Positions 17,921 to 27,614 of a stretch of DNA of 64,000 nt are shown here, piece by piece. Location: assembly GCA_023227695.1 (NCBI GenBank), contig JALNVE010000002.1, positions 13,767-77,766 of the forward strand, written 5' to 3'. How positions within the stretch are numbered: position 1 is the stretch's first letter; every line of letters starts with the position of its first letter. The translations under genes were made by a program, and so were the position numbers. The notes under the pieces are model-generated. The model made no database searches. It was not told the DNA's origin and was given only the letters and a program-made list of their open reading frames with translations. Source of the DNA: Paludibacteraceae bacterium (GTDB lineage Bacteria; Bacteroidota; Bacteroidia; Bacteroidales; Paludibacteraceae).

Positions 17921-18496
17921 TTAATCCATGATAGCATCCAAGATTAAACCGTTCCTTCGATAAGTCCTTTTGATTATATTCAAGTTTTTCCCTATCGTGT
18001 AAAAGATTTCATATATCGGCCAAATCTTTTTTTTCAGAAGTCGTTCAAGACATTTTTCAAAAGTTGAAGAGACTTTAACTTGAGACATTTTGAGAACTTC
18101 TGCCGTACAGATGTATGATGTAGAAAAGAATAACATCGTAAGAATCGCCTTTTCCTGTTCATTGAAGTATTTCGAAGCATCCTTTTCCAAAAATTCAACA
18201 AAGATATCAGAAACGGATTTAAGGTATGAAATACATTTCAATCTTTTCCTTATCTGTTTTATATCATAACACAGGCTTGATTGTCCCCTTTCCAAAATAT
18301 CCTGGACTTCGGTTTGTTTTTTTCGAGATAGGAATATCAGGTAAAGTATATCCCTGTCTTTCGGATTCAAAAAAGAAAAAAGAGTCCTAAAGTATTTGAC
18401 ATTTTCAACGGTTAAAAACTGTTCGGCTTCCCCTTCTACGGAAATATCCTTATAGTTTTCAACATCTCCACCGACATAGCTGACCTGAATTGACAT
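17921..18496 (-). CDS. protein with two sigma-70 region-4-like HTH segments (possible transcription regulator)
   Basis: DRDILYLIFLSRKKQTEVQDILERGQSSLCYDIKQIRKRLK and QEKAILTMLFFSTSYICTAEVLKMSQVKVSSTFEKCLERLLK both resemble region 4/LuxR-type HTH. Eye match only. Confidence 0.4.
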   Translation of the reverse strand: MSIQVSYVGGDVENYKDISVEGEAEQFLTVENVKYFRTLFSFLNPKDRDILYLIFLSRKKQTEVQDILERGQSSLCYDIKQIRKRLKCISYLKSVSDIFVEFLEKDASKYFNEQEKAILTMLFFSTSYICTAEVLKMSQVKVSSTFEKCLERLLKKKIWPIYEIFYTIGKNLNIIKRTYRRNGLILDAIMD

Positions 18497-18513
18497 CGTT
18501 TATACCCCCAGAA

Positions 18514-19062
18514 TTACAGAAAACGTTTAAACCATTCCTGATTAGTCATGTTGCATGGCATCTCTTTGAAAATAGATTTTTCAAATCTTAATTCTTTCGG
18601 AGAAAATTCTCTAATGAATGACCTGATATAGAACTTGAAAAGCACCTTTATTTTAGATCCTTCACGGTTTTTGCCGACAACCAATCCATATAGATTTTTA
18701 AGATATCCTTCCCGTACATTTATAACGTCTCCCTTTTTAAACTTAGCATCAGAACCGTTTTTTTCTATAGACTTGGTGAATTTACGGACTTCCGATTCTT
18801 GGAAACGATATGATCTCCCGTTATTCTCGACAATTCTCAAAACAGCAGAAAGTCTAAGAATCTTGTCTTTTAAAGAATTGAAATCCGGAGAACAAATAAA
18901 AACCATGTATTCTCCCGTTTTTTTTATTTCTTTGTCTTCGATGACAATGATTTCAGGTTTCGATTTCGATTTTGAAAAGATTCCTTCAAGTTCTTCCACG
19001 ACGACACCTGATTTTCCGTAATGACTCGTAGAACTAATAATCAGACAATACCAATCTTCCAT
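18514..19062 (-). CDS. NusG-like protein (NGN + KOW)
   Basis: It has a C-terminal KOW-type motif FKKGDVINVREGYLKNLYGLVVGKN...KIKVLF and an N-terminal WYCLII...GEYMVFIC segment that is NGN-like. Confidence 0.55.
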   Translation of the reverse strand: MEDWYCLIISSTSHYGKSGVVVEELEGIFSKSKSKPEIIVIEDKEIKKTGEYMVFICSPDFNSLKDKILRLSAVLRIVENNGRSYRFQESEVRKFTKSIEKNGSDAKFKKGDVINVREGYLKNLYGLVVGKNREGSKIKVLFKFYIRSFIREFSPKELRFEKSIFKEMPCNMTNQEWFKRFL

Positions 19063-19064
19063 TT

Positions 19065-19469
19065 TTATCCCCTAAATAGATTCAAAAATTTACGCAAGAA
19101 GCTGACTTTTTCCAGTCCGCCGTCAATGACCCATTTAAGCATTGCGATCTTAGGATATTCCTTTCCGCAAAGGCTTGGATTTCCTAAGATCGTTTCCAAA
19201 TCATCTTCAATCGATTCTTTCGTGTTCCGGCACTTAAAGTGCTGACATTGTTCACAGATTTCATTACTGTCACAGATAAAAATGTGATCAAATGATGATA
19301 CCATTGTTTGATTTTCACAAATACCTATCTGACCATTATCATGAATCCTTTTTCTTATGTTGTAAACGCAATTCGCTGGAGAACGACGTAAACATTCTTT
19401 TCGTCTCTCTTTCAATGCCTTCTCTATCATCTTCAAAAGTCTGTAGTTTATTTCCTCTTTGGATTTCAT
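19065..19469 (-). CDS. hypothetical Cys-rich protein
   Basis: I moved the start to ATG 19469 behind a strong RBS (GGAGGAGGG). It contains several CxxC-like pairs (CDSNEICEQCQHFKC). Confidence 0.45.
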   Translation of the reverse strand: MKSKEEINYRLLKMIEKALKERRKECLRRSPANCVYNIRKRIHDNGQIGICENQTMVSSFDHIFICDSNEICEQCQHFKCRNTKESIEDDLETILGNPSLCGKEYPKIAMLKWVIDGGLEKVSFLRKFLNLFRG

Positions 19470-20070
19470 AACCCTCCTCCAATAATTTAACACGTTTGTT
19501 AATTTCGCTTATCAACACGAACTTACTAAGCAATAAAACGGTATTTATACCCGCATCTCGGTAATCTTCAATCCTTGGACATCTTTTTATCGCTAGTTTT
19601 ACTTCCAAACACCGCATAAGTTGATTTTTTATATTGAAGTGCTCTGCGGCTTTTAAAAGATTTCCGAAATTCTTAAACAGACGAATCGCCGAACCAATTG
19701 AAGGGAAGATATCGGGCATTTCTTTATGCTTCTTAAGATATTCATTCTGGTTCTTAATTCTGCTTTCGATGATAAGATTGATGAAATAAACTTCATCATA
19801 TCGCGAATCTTTCACTTGTTTTCCGTAAATCATTTCAACTGCGTTGTTGAAGCTTCCGAACCGCTTCCAAAACAGGGTCGTTGAAGGGTCTCCTTCTTTT
19901 TTATCCTTCTTATACTTTGTTTCGCTTATTGGATGACCGTCCCCAACCCTCCTAAGAACATTCAGGAGTTCTAAATCAGAGAAAGGATGATTAAGTTTTA
20001 CGACACGCTTTTTCTTAGCCTTGTCTATTCTTTTTTTTACAAATTTCTTGACTTCTGTTAGTTCTTGCAT
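19339..20070 (-). CDS. hypothetical protein
   Basis: ORF track. Its last ~44 codons overlap the next gene in another frame. Confidence 0.45.
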   Translation of the reverse strand: MQELTEVKKFVKKRIDKAKKKRVVKLNHPFSDLELLNVLRRVGDGHPISETKYKKDKKEGDPSTTLFWKRFGSFNNAVEMIYGKQVKDSRYDEVYFINLIIESRIKNQNEYLKKHKEMPDIFPSIGSAIRLFKNFGNLLKAAEHFNIKNQLMRCLEVKLAIKRCPRIEDYRDAGINTVLLLSKFVLISEINKRVKLLEEGYEIQRGNKLQTFEDDREGIERETKRMFTSFSSELRLQHKKKDS

Positions 20071-20100
20071 CTTTGAGCCTAATATTTATTCCTATATAGA

Positions 20101-20132
20101 AAATAGGTGGACTAAATTTAGTCCACCTATTT
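20101..20132 (-). terminator. rho-independent terminator candidate (32-nt perfect palindrome)
   Basis: aaataggtggactaaa/tttagtccacctattt. On the minus strand it is followed by TTTTCT, and it lies between the stop at 20155 and the start at 20070. Confidence 0.6.
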
Positions 20133-20154
20133 TAGATTTATACGTTTACTATTT

Positions 20155-20589
20155 TCAGTTTTCTCCCCTGAGAGGATCTGCGAAACTTGTATCATGAAGC
20201 CAGTTTGGAACATTTCCTGAAATATCTAAAAGTTCCATATATGAAACGATATCCGGTTTGATGATTTTCCCATATGACTTTCCGTTTTCTAAAAACCCAT
20301 CTTTATGAAGGGAACATAGAGCCTGCGCAACCGCAATATTCTTTTGCTTAGGTTCTAAGGTGTTCCAACAGTCTTCCATCACAATAAAAATGTATACGTT
20401 ATCATTCCACACTGAATGAGGAAATTTAACAGCGGAAATTTTTATAGGCAAATCTGCCTGTTTTCTGAGATGTCTTAGAAAACCAATTTTGTCGATATTG
20501 ATATGCCCGAACTTATCGGGATATTTTTCTATAAGTTTTTTCGTCAGTTCTTTTGCTTCTACTTCAACTTCCCAGTTTATTTTTGACAT
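20155..20589 (-). CDS. hypothetical protein
   Basis: ORF track. It loosely resembles small phage metallopeptidase-like proteins, but there is no HExxH. Confidence 0.4.
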   Translation of the reverse strand: MSKINWEVEVEAKELTKKLIEKYPDKFGHINIDKIGFLRHLRKQADLPIKISAVKFPHSVWNDNVYIFIVMEDCWNTLEPKQKNIAVAQALCSLHKDGFLENGKSYGKIIKPDIVSYMELLDISGNVPNWLHDTSFADPLRGEN

Positions 20590-20592
20590 TTT

Positions 20593-20880
20593 TTATCCTT
20601 CCGTTTGTTTAAAGTCTAAAATCAGATTTATTCCTTCTCCCTCAAGACACAATACAAGGTCTTTAAAAAAATCCAAATAAATCATATTCGATACATCAAC
20701 GAGAATATAGATTTCAGTGTCTACTTCTTTCCAGATGCTTCTTATCATACCCGTAAAAAGATAACGATATTCTTTCAATATTTTGGTGTTGGCAGTCACC
20801 AATACTTCTTTAACATCATCCCATTCTTCTCCTTCGTGGTGATCATAGAGGTCTTCGTCATAGACAAGAATCCTAAACAT
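20593..20880 (-). CDS. hypothetical acidic protein
   Basis: ORF track. Confidence 0.4.
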   Translation of the reverse strand: MFRILVYDEDLYDHHEGEEWDDVKEVLVTANTKILKEYRYLFTGMIRSIWKEVDTEIYILVDVSNMIYLDFFKDLVLCLEGEGINLILDFKQTEG

Positions 20881-22021
20881 CTAATTTCTCCAATATAATA
20901 ATTCTACCTTTTTCACAAGGGAATCTTTTACTATCAATTTTTTGGGTCAAAACCCAAAGGATAGGAGTCCTAAATTTTTCAACAACCTTTCCGGCAACGA
21001 AATCAGTGAAATAAATATGTGCATCAAACCTGTTATCTTCTACGAATCTGATCGCAGGGTTAAAATTTGTACCGCCTCTTCCGTGGATTTTACCAGAGAA
21101 TTTGCCTTTATACGAATAATGATTTCTAACTTCAGTATCTGCTTCTATTATTGTAATATCGGCACCATTTTTGTAGACACAATCTATTTCCTTTATGAAT
21201 CTTAGAATTTGGTCATCACAGATGCTTGATGATATGTCTATCGTGCAGGCAAGATTTAACCGACTTCTGTTAATCAAACCTGGACGTGTTCCGTATCTTT
21301 TAGAAACCCTATTCTTTGTCGTTTCTATATCCGTTTCTGTACTGTTAGCGACGAAATTTCTTAAGAGAAATTTCCACTTGTTCTTGTTGATAGGTTTCTT
21401 AAAGAAACCTTTAAGTTCAGAAATAACTTCGAATCCGATGTTTCCATATCCACCGCCTGATTCTGATTCTTTTATAGCATCCTTCACAATCGTTCTTAAA
21501 ATTTCTTCGGATATTGACAAGTCATCTGTCTTTTTATTTTCCCAAAGGGAATGTTCTGTTTTTTCTTTCCCTTTATCATCTTTGCTTTTAGGAAGATGAT
21601 CGTAATACCATTTCCAAGTTCTTTCTGATGGAAAACCGTAACACTGAATATCATACCAGTTTGTCGGATGATTATGTATATACTGATTACATGAAATATC
21701 CATCGCTATATTGATTTTTTCATTGTCATAGCCTGTAATGTCTACAAAAACATGTTTAAAAATAATGTGAAGAATTTCATGTTCCACTGACTTAGAAACG
21801 ACATCTTCTTTCCCTTCTTTTATCAAGCCGTTAATATAATATTCATTGACATAAAACACAATACGGTTTCCGCTTTCATTCAGGCCAACCGCCATTTTAT
21901 TTATTTTGTGACCTTTTCCCACATACACCTTTTCCATTCTTTGAAAAATGTGCGCATATAGTGGTTTTTCTTTTAGCAAGGAAATGCTTGCCTTGATAAT
22001 TTCTTTTTCTGCCATGTTCAT
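20873..22021 (-). CDS. putative metallopeptidase + vWA-like domain protein (DUF2201-type architecture)
   Basis: It has an HExxH motif (VEHEILHIIFKH) in the N-terminal half and a C-terminal MIDAS-like TIDISSS followed by ITIIEADT. Proteins with this architecture usually partner with MoxR-type AAA+ ATPases. It ends in TAG. Confidence 0.6.
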   Translation of the reverse strand: MNMAEKEIIKASISLLKEKPLYAHIFQRMEKVYVGKGHKINKMAVGLNESGNRIVFYVNEYYINGLIKEGKEDVVSKSVEHEILHIIFKHVFVDITGYDNEKINIAMDISCNQYIHNHPTNWYDIQCYGFPSERTWKWYYDHLPKSKDDKGKEKTEHSLWENKKTDDLSISEEILRTIVKDAIKESESGGGYGNIGFEVISELKGFFKKPINKNKWKFLLRNFVANSTETDIETTKNRVSKRYGTRPGLINRSRLNLACTIDISSSICDDQILRFIKEIDCVYKNGADITIIEADTEVRNHYSYKGKFSGKIHGRGGTNFNPAIRFVEDNRFDAHIYFTDFVAGKVVEKFRTPILWVLTQKIDSKRFPCEKGRIIILEKLDV

Positions 22022-22053
22022 AAAATATGAATAGGCATTTGAAACAGTGATTT

Positions 22054-22722
22054 TTAATCAAACATGAAAGAAAGCTTCTCTGTGCTTTCACAAATAATCT
22101 TAACGATTTTTTCTTCTTCCTTTAAACTGTCTCTCTTGTCTGAAAATTCAACAAGCAACAATCCGAAAATTTTACCTTTCGTGCTGTTTAGTGTGGCCAT
22201 ATAAGCCGTTTCCGTTCCCCTCTTTTGAAGAAACATTTTTGAATATCCTGTCATGTCAGAAACTTTGAATTTAACGGTTCTCGCACTTCTTTCCAAACAA
22301 AGTTTCCTTATGCATTTTTTACATGATTCAGGAATCGACACTCCGTCATAATCGGTTTCTCCAGTGATGACGGGATCTATTATCGCCGGGATTCTTGAAA
22401 CCAAAACATCCTGTATGTCTTCATAGCTAACACCGTCAGCTTTCATTTGGCTACCTGATGTTATTTTCCAAATAGGATTATTCGGAAGGAATTCACTACC
22501 GTTATGAAATCTTATTACCGTTACTCTGTCCGCTCCTGTAAGAACTCTTGTTTCATTTACGACCAAATCAGAACGCTTGTTCGCTACCATCTGTTTCGGT
22601 AGATTGAAATCATGTTTTTGACTTACAATCTTGATCATTTTCTTGAACAAAATGTATGGTGAAACCATTGCGATTGCTATGAGAATAAAGATTGATATCA
22701 GATATACAGATTCTGTTTCCAT
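22054..22722 (-). CDS. membrane-anchored hypothetical protein
   Basis: I moved the start to ATG 22722 (METESVYLISIFILIAIAMVSPYILF), directly after the stop of the previous gene. It has a single N-terminal TM segment. Confidence 0.45.
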   Translation of the reverse strand: METESVYLISIFILIAIAMVSPYILFKKMIKIVSQKHDFNLPKQMVANKRSDLVVNETRVLTGADRVTVIRFHNGSEFLPNNPIWKITSGSQMKADGVSYEDIQDVLVSRIPAIIDPVITGETDYDGVSIPESCKKCIRKLCLERSARTVKFKVSDMTGYSKMFLQKRGTETAYMATLNSTKGKIFGLLLVEFSDKRDSLKEEEKIVKIICESTEKLSFMFD

Positions 22723-22723
22723 T

Positions 22724-23212
22724 TTATTCCTTAACTTCTTTGCTTGAATTTTCTTCCGCAACCAACTTGTTAACTCCGAGGACTCCCAGCATCGCGACAT
22801 CGTCAATCAAGTACCACTGTTTGGCAGGTTTCTTTAATTCAGGGATTGTTAACACATCTCCTGGATTTGGTTTTAGAATTCTTTCACCAATTACAACGTA
22901 CGTCTGGGTTTTACATCCCTGCATCAAAAACACAGTTAATGCAATCACAACAACAAGACCGGCTTTCTTTTGGAGCTTCTTAAGATTCTTTCTGAGCTCA
23001 TTAAGCTTTATTCTTAGATTAGGAACATCCGTAATGCTTGATTCCATCGCGGTCGTTATTTTGATTTCAATATCTTTTATTGAAGCTTCACAATCTTTTA
23101 TGTTTTGCGCTTCTAACTGTTTTTTCACATCAGAATTCTTTTCTGACCGATATTTATAGAACGCGACGATTATAGTCGCGACACTTCCAATAATAGCCGC
23201 TATCCATTCCAT
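22724..23212 (-). CDS. TM + coiled-coil + internal lipobox-like protein (spanin-like candidate)
   Basis: It has an N-terminal TM (WIAAIIGSVATIIVAFY), a ~60-aa heptad-like stretch, and a second hydrophobic stretch ending LMQGC (lipobox-like). Confidence 0.4.
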   Translation of the reverse strand: MEWIAAIIGSVATIIVAFYKYRSEKNSDVKKQLEAQNIKDCEASIKDIEIKITTAMESSITDVPNLRIKLNELRKNLKKLQKKAGLVVVIALTVFLMQGCKTQTYVVIGERILKPNPGDVLTIPELKKPAKQWYLIDDVAMLGVLGVNKLVAEENSSKEVKE

Positions 23213-23224
23213 GACATTCCCTCC

Positions 23225-23650
23225 TTATTTCTTTTCCGAAACCGTCACATCTGCACCAGGCTTTCTCCACAGGAGTTTATAACCGAAGACCCCCGAGATC
23301 ACAGCCAACGCAGCCTGAGACATAGTAACGATATCTGCGTTTGAAATTATGCCATCCTGCCAGACTCCCGTTTCTATCAAAGAATAAAGGATGCCGATTA
23401 TGACTGTCAGAATCTGGGACTTTATCCCATTAATTTCAACGCTAAATTTTTCCATCACTTTTTTTATGATCTGTACAGCCGCTACAAATACGGTAGACAT
23501 AACGAATGTTCCTGAAATGAACTTGTCTACCGTTCCTCCAATCAAATCTGTAACGGCTTCTGGAATTTCAACCTGAATCTGTTCCGCGAAAACGACGAAC
23601 GGAAGTAAAACCATACAAGAGAATATCCAGCCAATTATGTTCTTTTTCAT
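23225..23650 (-). CDS. multi-pass membrane protein (holin-like candidate)
   Basis: Four hydrophobic segments are visible in 141 aa. It lies in a cluster of small membrane proteins near the cell-wall hydrolase. Confidence 0.4.
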   Translation of the reverse strand: MKKNIIGWIFSCMVLLPFVVFAEQIQVEIPEAVTDLIGGTVDKFISGTFVMSTVFVAAVQIIKKVMEKFSVEINGIKSQILTVIIGILYSLIETGVWQDGIISNADIVTMSQAALAVISGVFGYKLLWRKPGADVTVSEKK

Positions 23651-23657
23651 TTTAACC

Positions 23658-23912
23658 TCACTTTTTACAGAACTTCATTTTGAAAAAAATAACTATCCCA
23701 TCTAAATAGAATCCGATTCTAGTAAAGAATCCAGCAGTCTCTGATATAAACCGTTCATATTTTTTAATAGAACATTCTATTTCGATCAATCGTCCTTCAA
23801 CCATCCTTTCAAGGTTGTTGAGGTGGTCTTCTATCCCTTTGTTTTGTTCAAGTTTACGGTTTATGGAATCCATAAATGTAAGACTTTTTTCCTTATATTC
23901 TTTTTCATCCAT
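23658..23912 (-). CDS. small coiled-coil protein with C-terminal TM segment
   Basis: ORF track. The C-terminus FFTRIGFYLDGIVIFF is hydrophobic. Confidence 0.4.
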   Translation of the reverse strand: MDEKEYKEKSLTFMDSINRKLEQNKGIEDHLNNLERMVEGRLIEIECSIKKYERFISETAGFFTRIGFYLDGIVIFFKMKFCKK

Positions 23913-23934
23913 TTGTTAAACCCCTTAAAATAGA

Positions 23935-23962
23935 AAACCCACTCCTTATCAAGAGTGGGTTT
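23935..23962 (-). terminator. rho-independent terminator candidate
   Basis: aaacccactc-cttatcaa-gagtgggttt. The minus-strand reading is followed by TTTTCTATTTT, and it lies after the stop at 23991. Confidence 0.55.
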
Positions 23963-23990
23963 ATCAAAAAATGTCACATGCTGATATCTT

Positions 23991-24791
23991 TTAGTCTAGA
24001 AAATCCCTTATTTTCCCAAAAACCTGTTTCCAGCGGATATGCATTGAAACCGGGCTCAATGGTTTTTTCCCTTCCGCAATCATCAACTGTCTGACAGCAG
24101 GATAAACTTCTGAAGACATTTTGACGATGACAGAAAAATCCTTTTTATCCTCTTTTTTTGAAAACCACACCCGGAAAATCTCTTTCGCTATATTATCCAA
24201 GTCTGTTTGATTAATCACATAATTGTACATTTCATAAATAAGACTATCATAACCTGTCATGTTCTCTAGTTTTAATTCTGTTTCTCTGTCATCTCGAACA
24301 GATTCCACATAAGAAACATCATCATTTCTATCATTTTTCGTTACAAAATCATTGGTTTCATGTTTTTTCCTAGACTCAAATGTTTTTGCTGACGTTTGAA
24401 TGGCACGAAAACAAACATTTAAAAAGGATGTAGAAAAGGATGAACTGTCTGGATTTAAATCAAAGCGCGATTTCCAAAACCCGTGCGTCGATTTCTTAAC
24501 CTTACGATATTCATTTGTCGTATCCTGAATCGTTGCCGAAACTATGTCTGACATCATATCGTCTAGAATGTGTTGAGAATATCCGCAAAACGTTTTGTAG
24601 ATAAATCCACAAGTTTTCGCAGAAATTGAATCAAGAAGTTCTTGATTCAATAGTAAACGACTATAGTATTCCAGAGATTTTTCCTTGTAAACTTCTGTTT
24701 CTGGAAGATTTTGAATTCTCGGGATTAGGATTTCTCTTATAATGTGATGTTCTAGCTCTGAGACAACCGTTGTAACATTTTTTATCGACAT
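23991..24791 (-). CDS. hypothetical protein
   Basis: ORF track. No family recognised. Confidence 0.4.
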   Translation of the reverse strand: MSIKNVTTVVSELEHHIIREILIPRIQNLPETEVYKEKSLEYYSRLLLNQELLDSISAKTCGFIYKTFCGYSQHILDDMMSDIVSATIQDTTNEYRKVKKSTHGFWKSRFDLNPDSSSFSTSFLNVCFRAIQTSAKTFESRKKHETNDFVTKNDRNDDVSYVESVRDDRETELKLENMTGYDSLIYEMYNYVINQTDLDNIAKEIFRVWFSKKEDKKDFSVIVKMSSEVYPAVRQLMIAEGKKPLSPVSMHIRWKQVFGKIRDFLD

Positions 24792-24836
24792 AGTTTCACC
24801 TTCCTTTTCTTGTTTCCTTGTTTAAACCACAAAAAT

Positions 24837-25658
24837 CTACTTGACAGTTTCATACTCAAACCGCATATCTGTTATAATTCCGTCTATGCGAGGAAAATAA
24901 TATTGAGAACCTAAACAGTAGACATTAAGATTTTCATTATGCCATTCGGATCTCGAATGTGTGTGACCGCACAACCAAAGAAATTCATTTCGGGGATTGT
25001 TTTTGGAAAAGTCGGCGATAAATAGACCTGCTTCATGCCAGATATAAAATGGACTAGCATCTGAACCCTTAACAACTTCCATACAGCCGAAAGGTAATGG
25101 ATGACTCGTAATAATGATGTTTTTATATTTCTTCACCGCTTCTGAAAGAATTTCTTTGAGATCTTTCAACGCGTCTGATGCTCTCTTTTGAAAGGATTTA
25201 ATAACTTCCTGACGTGATTTTTTAATCAGGCTCAGATTTTCGATATATCGAAAATCATTCATTAACATGTTTAAATATGTCCCTTCCGGGATGATTTTCG
25301 CGTCATACCAGCTATCCACACCGATTAGACACGTTTCTTCATCAAGACGTATTGGACTAGATTCTGACAAATAAACAAGATTAGGAAAGTTCTTAACAGA
25401 CAGATGAATTATTTCATCTGTCCTTTCAAAACTACTATGATAATAATCATGATTGCCTGTGATGAAATAAACAGGAAACCCATTACAAGCTTCAGAAAGA
25501 TCTTTTAGATTTGATTCTAAACTTCGTCCATCTCCGATATCACCCGTAATAATGATCGGACACTTTGCCTTTCGTATGGAATTAAAAAATTTTCTCCTGA
25601 CCCCATTATTTATGTCGAAATTCAAGTGGATGTCAGACATAGCTAAAATTTTAAACAT
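24837..25658 (-). CDS. calcineurin-like metallophosphoesterase
   Basis: Motifs appear in the canonical order: MSDIHL, ITGDIGD, ITGNHDYY, ITSHP, CGHTHS. I moved the start to ATG 25658 behind RBS GAGGT. It ends in TAG. Confidence 0.75.
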   Translation of the reverse strand: MFKILAMSDIHLNFDINNGVRRKFFNSIRKAKCPIIITGDIGDGRSLESNLKDLSEACNGFPVYFITGNHDYYHSSFERTDEIIHLSVKNFPNLVYLSESSPIRLDEETCLIGVDSWYDAKIIPEGTYLNMLMNDFRYIENLSLIKKSRQEVIKSFQKRASDALKDLKEILSEAVKKYKNIIITSHPLPFGCMEVVKGSDASPFYIWHEAGLFIADFSKNNPRNEFLWLCGHTHSRSEWHNENLNVYCLGSQYYFPRIDGIITDMRFEYETVK

Positions 25659-25818
25659 ATTTACCTCATTTAAAGCGTAGAAAACATTTACATTTAGGGA
25701 CAGAATTTCCATCCCTAAAACGTTCATCCGAATTTCGGCATTAGGAATCAATATTTATCAAGGAATCTGATAATCAGTATAGATAATGAATTGTTTTTTT
25801 TAAAAACAAGATTAATCT

Positions 25819-26241
25819 TTACGGATTTAGAAACGCATGGTTTCCGATAATCATCTTTTTTCTTCCATTTGACCATCTCGGTTTGCATTTTTTGAATGCA
25901 TAGTAGTGGGTATATCCATGTGTTTTATTAAAGCATCCTTCTGACATTTCTTTCGCGACTTTCATACAGATTTCCCATGACTTCCCTTTACCAGTCTTTA
26001 AATCTTTTTTCCCGTTCCAACAACTGAACTGAAATTTTTGTTTAACTACACTTGAAAGAGCATCTGGCGTAATTTTCCCTTTTTGCTCAGCCCTATTGAT
26101 AATAATACTTGCAACGGCACGAATGCCGATTTCTCCCTCTCCACATGCTTCATGGTATAAGGTTTTCGCTAAATCATCAACCGGAGCAGAACAAGCGTTC
26201 GAAAAAGACAAAAGAAGAGCAAACATGATTTTCTTCAACAT
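25819..26241 (-). CDS. SleB/Hydrolase_2-type cell-wall hydrolase with signal peptide (endolysin candidate)
   Basis: LAKTLYHEACGEGEIGIRAVASIIINRA...QFSCWNG matches the SleB-type lytic transglycosylase pattern. I moved the start to ATG 26241, which gives MLKKIMFALLLSFSNACSAP. Confidence 0.7.
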   Translation of the reverse strand: MLKKIMFALLLSFSNACSAPVDDLAKTLYHEACGEGEIGIRAVASIIINRAEQKGKITPDALSSVVKQKFQFSCWNGKKDLKTGKGKSWEICMKVAKEMSEGCFNKTHGYTHYYAFKKCKPRWSNGRKKMIIGNHAFLNP

Positions 26242-26323
26242 GACAAAATCCTTTTTTTCTTTAGTTATGTTGAATACTTTATCATTATTCTTATTCTTTG
26301 TCAACAGAACATCTGTTTTTCTT

Positions 26324-27601
26324 TTAAATTTTAGACTGATAATATTCTGAGAACATCGACGTAATCCTTTCATCTTTTAACCAAGAAAAACAGGTTAAAA
26401 GGTTATTGCTCTTGTTCATTTCCAAAAGTATGGACATAACAATATCTATTGGAATCCCGTAATCAAAAAGAAAAGAATAAAAATTATCCGCCCGTTCTTG
26501 TGTAAATTTAATTTTTTCAGAAATTATAGCAGATAACAATCTGTATGAAATAATACTGATGATATCCAAACGAAGAACTTCTTTAGATATCAGTTTCTTT
26601 ATCTTTTCCTTTGAAAATTCAGGGGCTGTAAGAATATCTTCAGGACTAAGGAAAACGCGTTCCCCTGAAAGCATATATGTCGCGAAAGAATCAGTAAATT
26701 CATTGTCCAAGAGCATATTCATTATGTTTTTGATATTTTTGATGTTTTCTCTCGATTCCATCATAACATTCAGATCAATCCCGCTTGATTGAATCATTCG
26801 GAAAGCTTCTGTGATTGTTCTTGGATTCGTTAGAAGCTTTCCGAACATCATTTCCGGATAATATGCGCAAAATCCCAATACGTTTTTATCCAACCCTTCC
26901 TCATCCGCCCAATTTATCCATTCCTTGATATCAAAACCGAATGTCACATGCCGCATTCTTGTAAGAATGGCAGGATCTAATTCCGTAACCTGATAGTCCT
27001 GTTGTCCTGGATTCGCTGTAAGAACGATATGACAGCCTTTTGGAAGTTTCCATCCTATCGTAGAATAGGTTTGGAAGAGAGGCATGCATGCTTTTAAAAC
27101 GCGTAGATTGGCCCTATTGAAATCATCGACAAGAATAATCGTCGGCTGGCAATATCCTTTTTCATCTGGTTCAGGCACCCATTCCGGTACCGCAGTAAAC
27201 TGTTTTACTCCCCGATCTTGACAAACTGAATATCCGAGTTTTTCCGTATAAAGTCCGATACAGGATTCCGGCACCCACTTTTCTTCTTTTCCTTTCCTAA
27301 CACAGAGATGCCTATCTGGCATGCCGATAATATCACCCACTTCTTCTATATCCGCAAGAGGAATATATATGATTTTAAATCCGGAATAATCTTTTCCCCG
27401 ATACTTTATTCTTTCTGTTTCCAAACATCTGACAAGACTTGTTTTACCGATTCCAGCACGACCCCAAATGACTGTGGAAAATCTTTCTCCAGGTCTTTTT
27501 TCTTCCGCTTCCGTATCTGAAACAAAAGCCTGTAATAGTTTTTCCGTGATTCCCTTAAGAGACAAAACCGGCCCGTAACACCCTTCATAATTTTCTTCCA
27601 T
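26324..27601 (-). CDS. AAA+ ATPase (MoxR/AAA_5-like)
   Basis: Walker A WGRAGIGKTS, Walker B TIILVDDFNRA, then VLTANPG...LDPAILTRM. Confidence 0.7.
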   Translation of the reverse strand: MEENYEGCYGPVLSLKGITEKLLQAFVSDTEAEEKRPGERFSTVIWGRAGIGKTSLVRCLETERIKYRGKDYSGFKIIYIPLADIEEVGDIIGMPDRHLCVRKGKEEKWVPESCIGLYTEKLGYSVCQDRGVKQFTAVPEWVPEPDEKGYCQPTIILVDDFNRANLRVLKACMPLFQTYSTIGWKLPKGCHIVLTANPGQQDYQVTELDPAILTRMRHVTFGFDIKEWINWADEEGLDKNVLGFCAYYPEMMFGKLLTNPRTITEAFRMIQSSGIDLNVMMESRENIKNIKNIMNMLLDNEFTDSFATYMLSGERVFLSPEDILTAPEFSKEKIKKLISKEVLRLDIISIISYRLLSAIISEKIKFTQERADNFYSFLFDYGIPIDIVMSILLEMNKSNNLLTCFSWLKDERITSMFSEYYQSKI

Positions 27602-27614
27602 ATTTCATCCTTTC

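Noticed and set aside
19339-19493. Programmed frameshift between the overlapping ORFs 19339-20070 and 19065-19493
   Set aside because: The downstream ORF has an excellent RBS (GGAGGAGGG) and ATG at 19469, so independent initiation explains the arrangement. I saw no slippery heptamer. The 131-nt overlap is unusual but needs no recoding.
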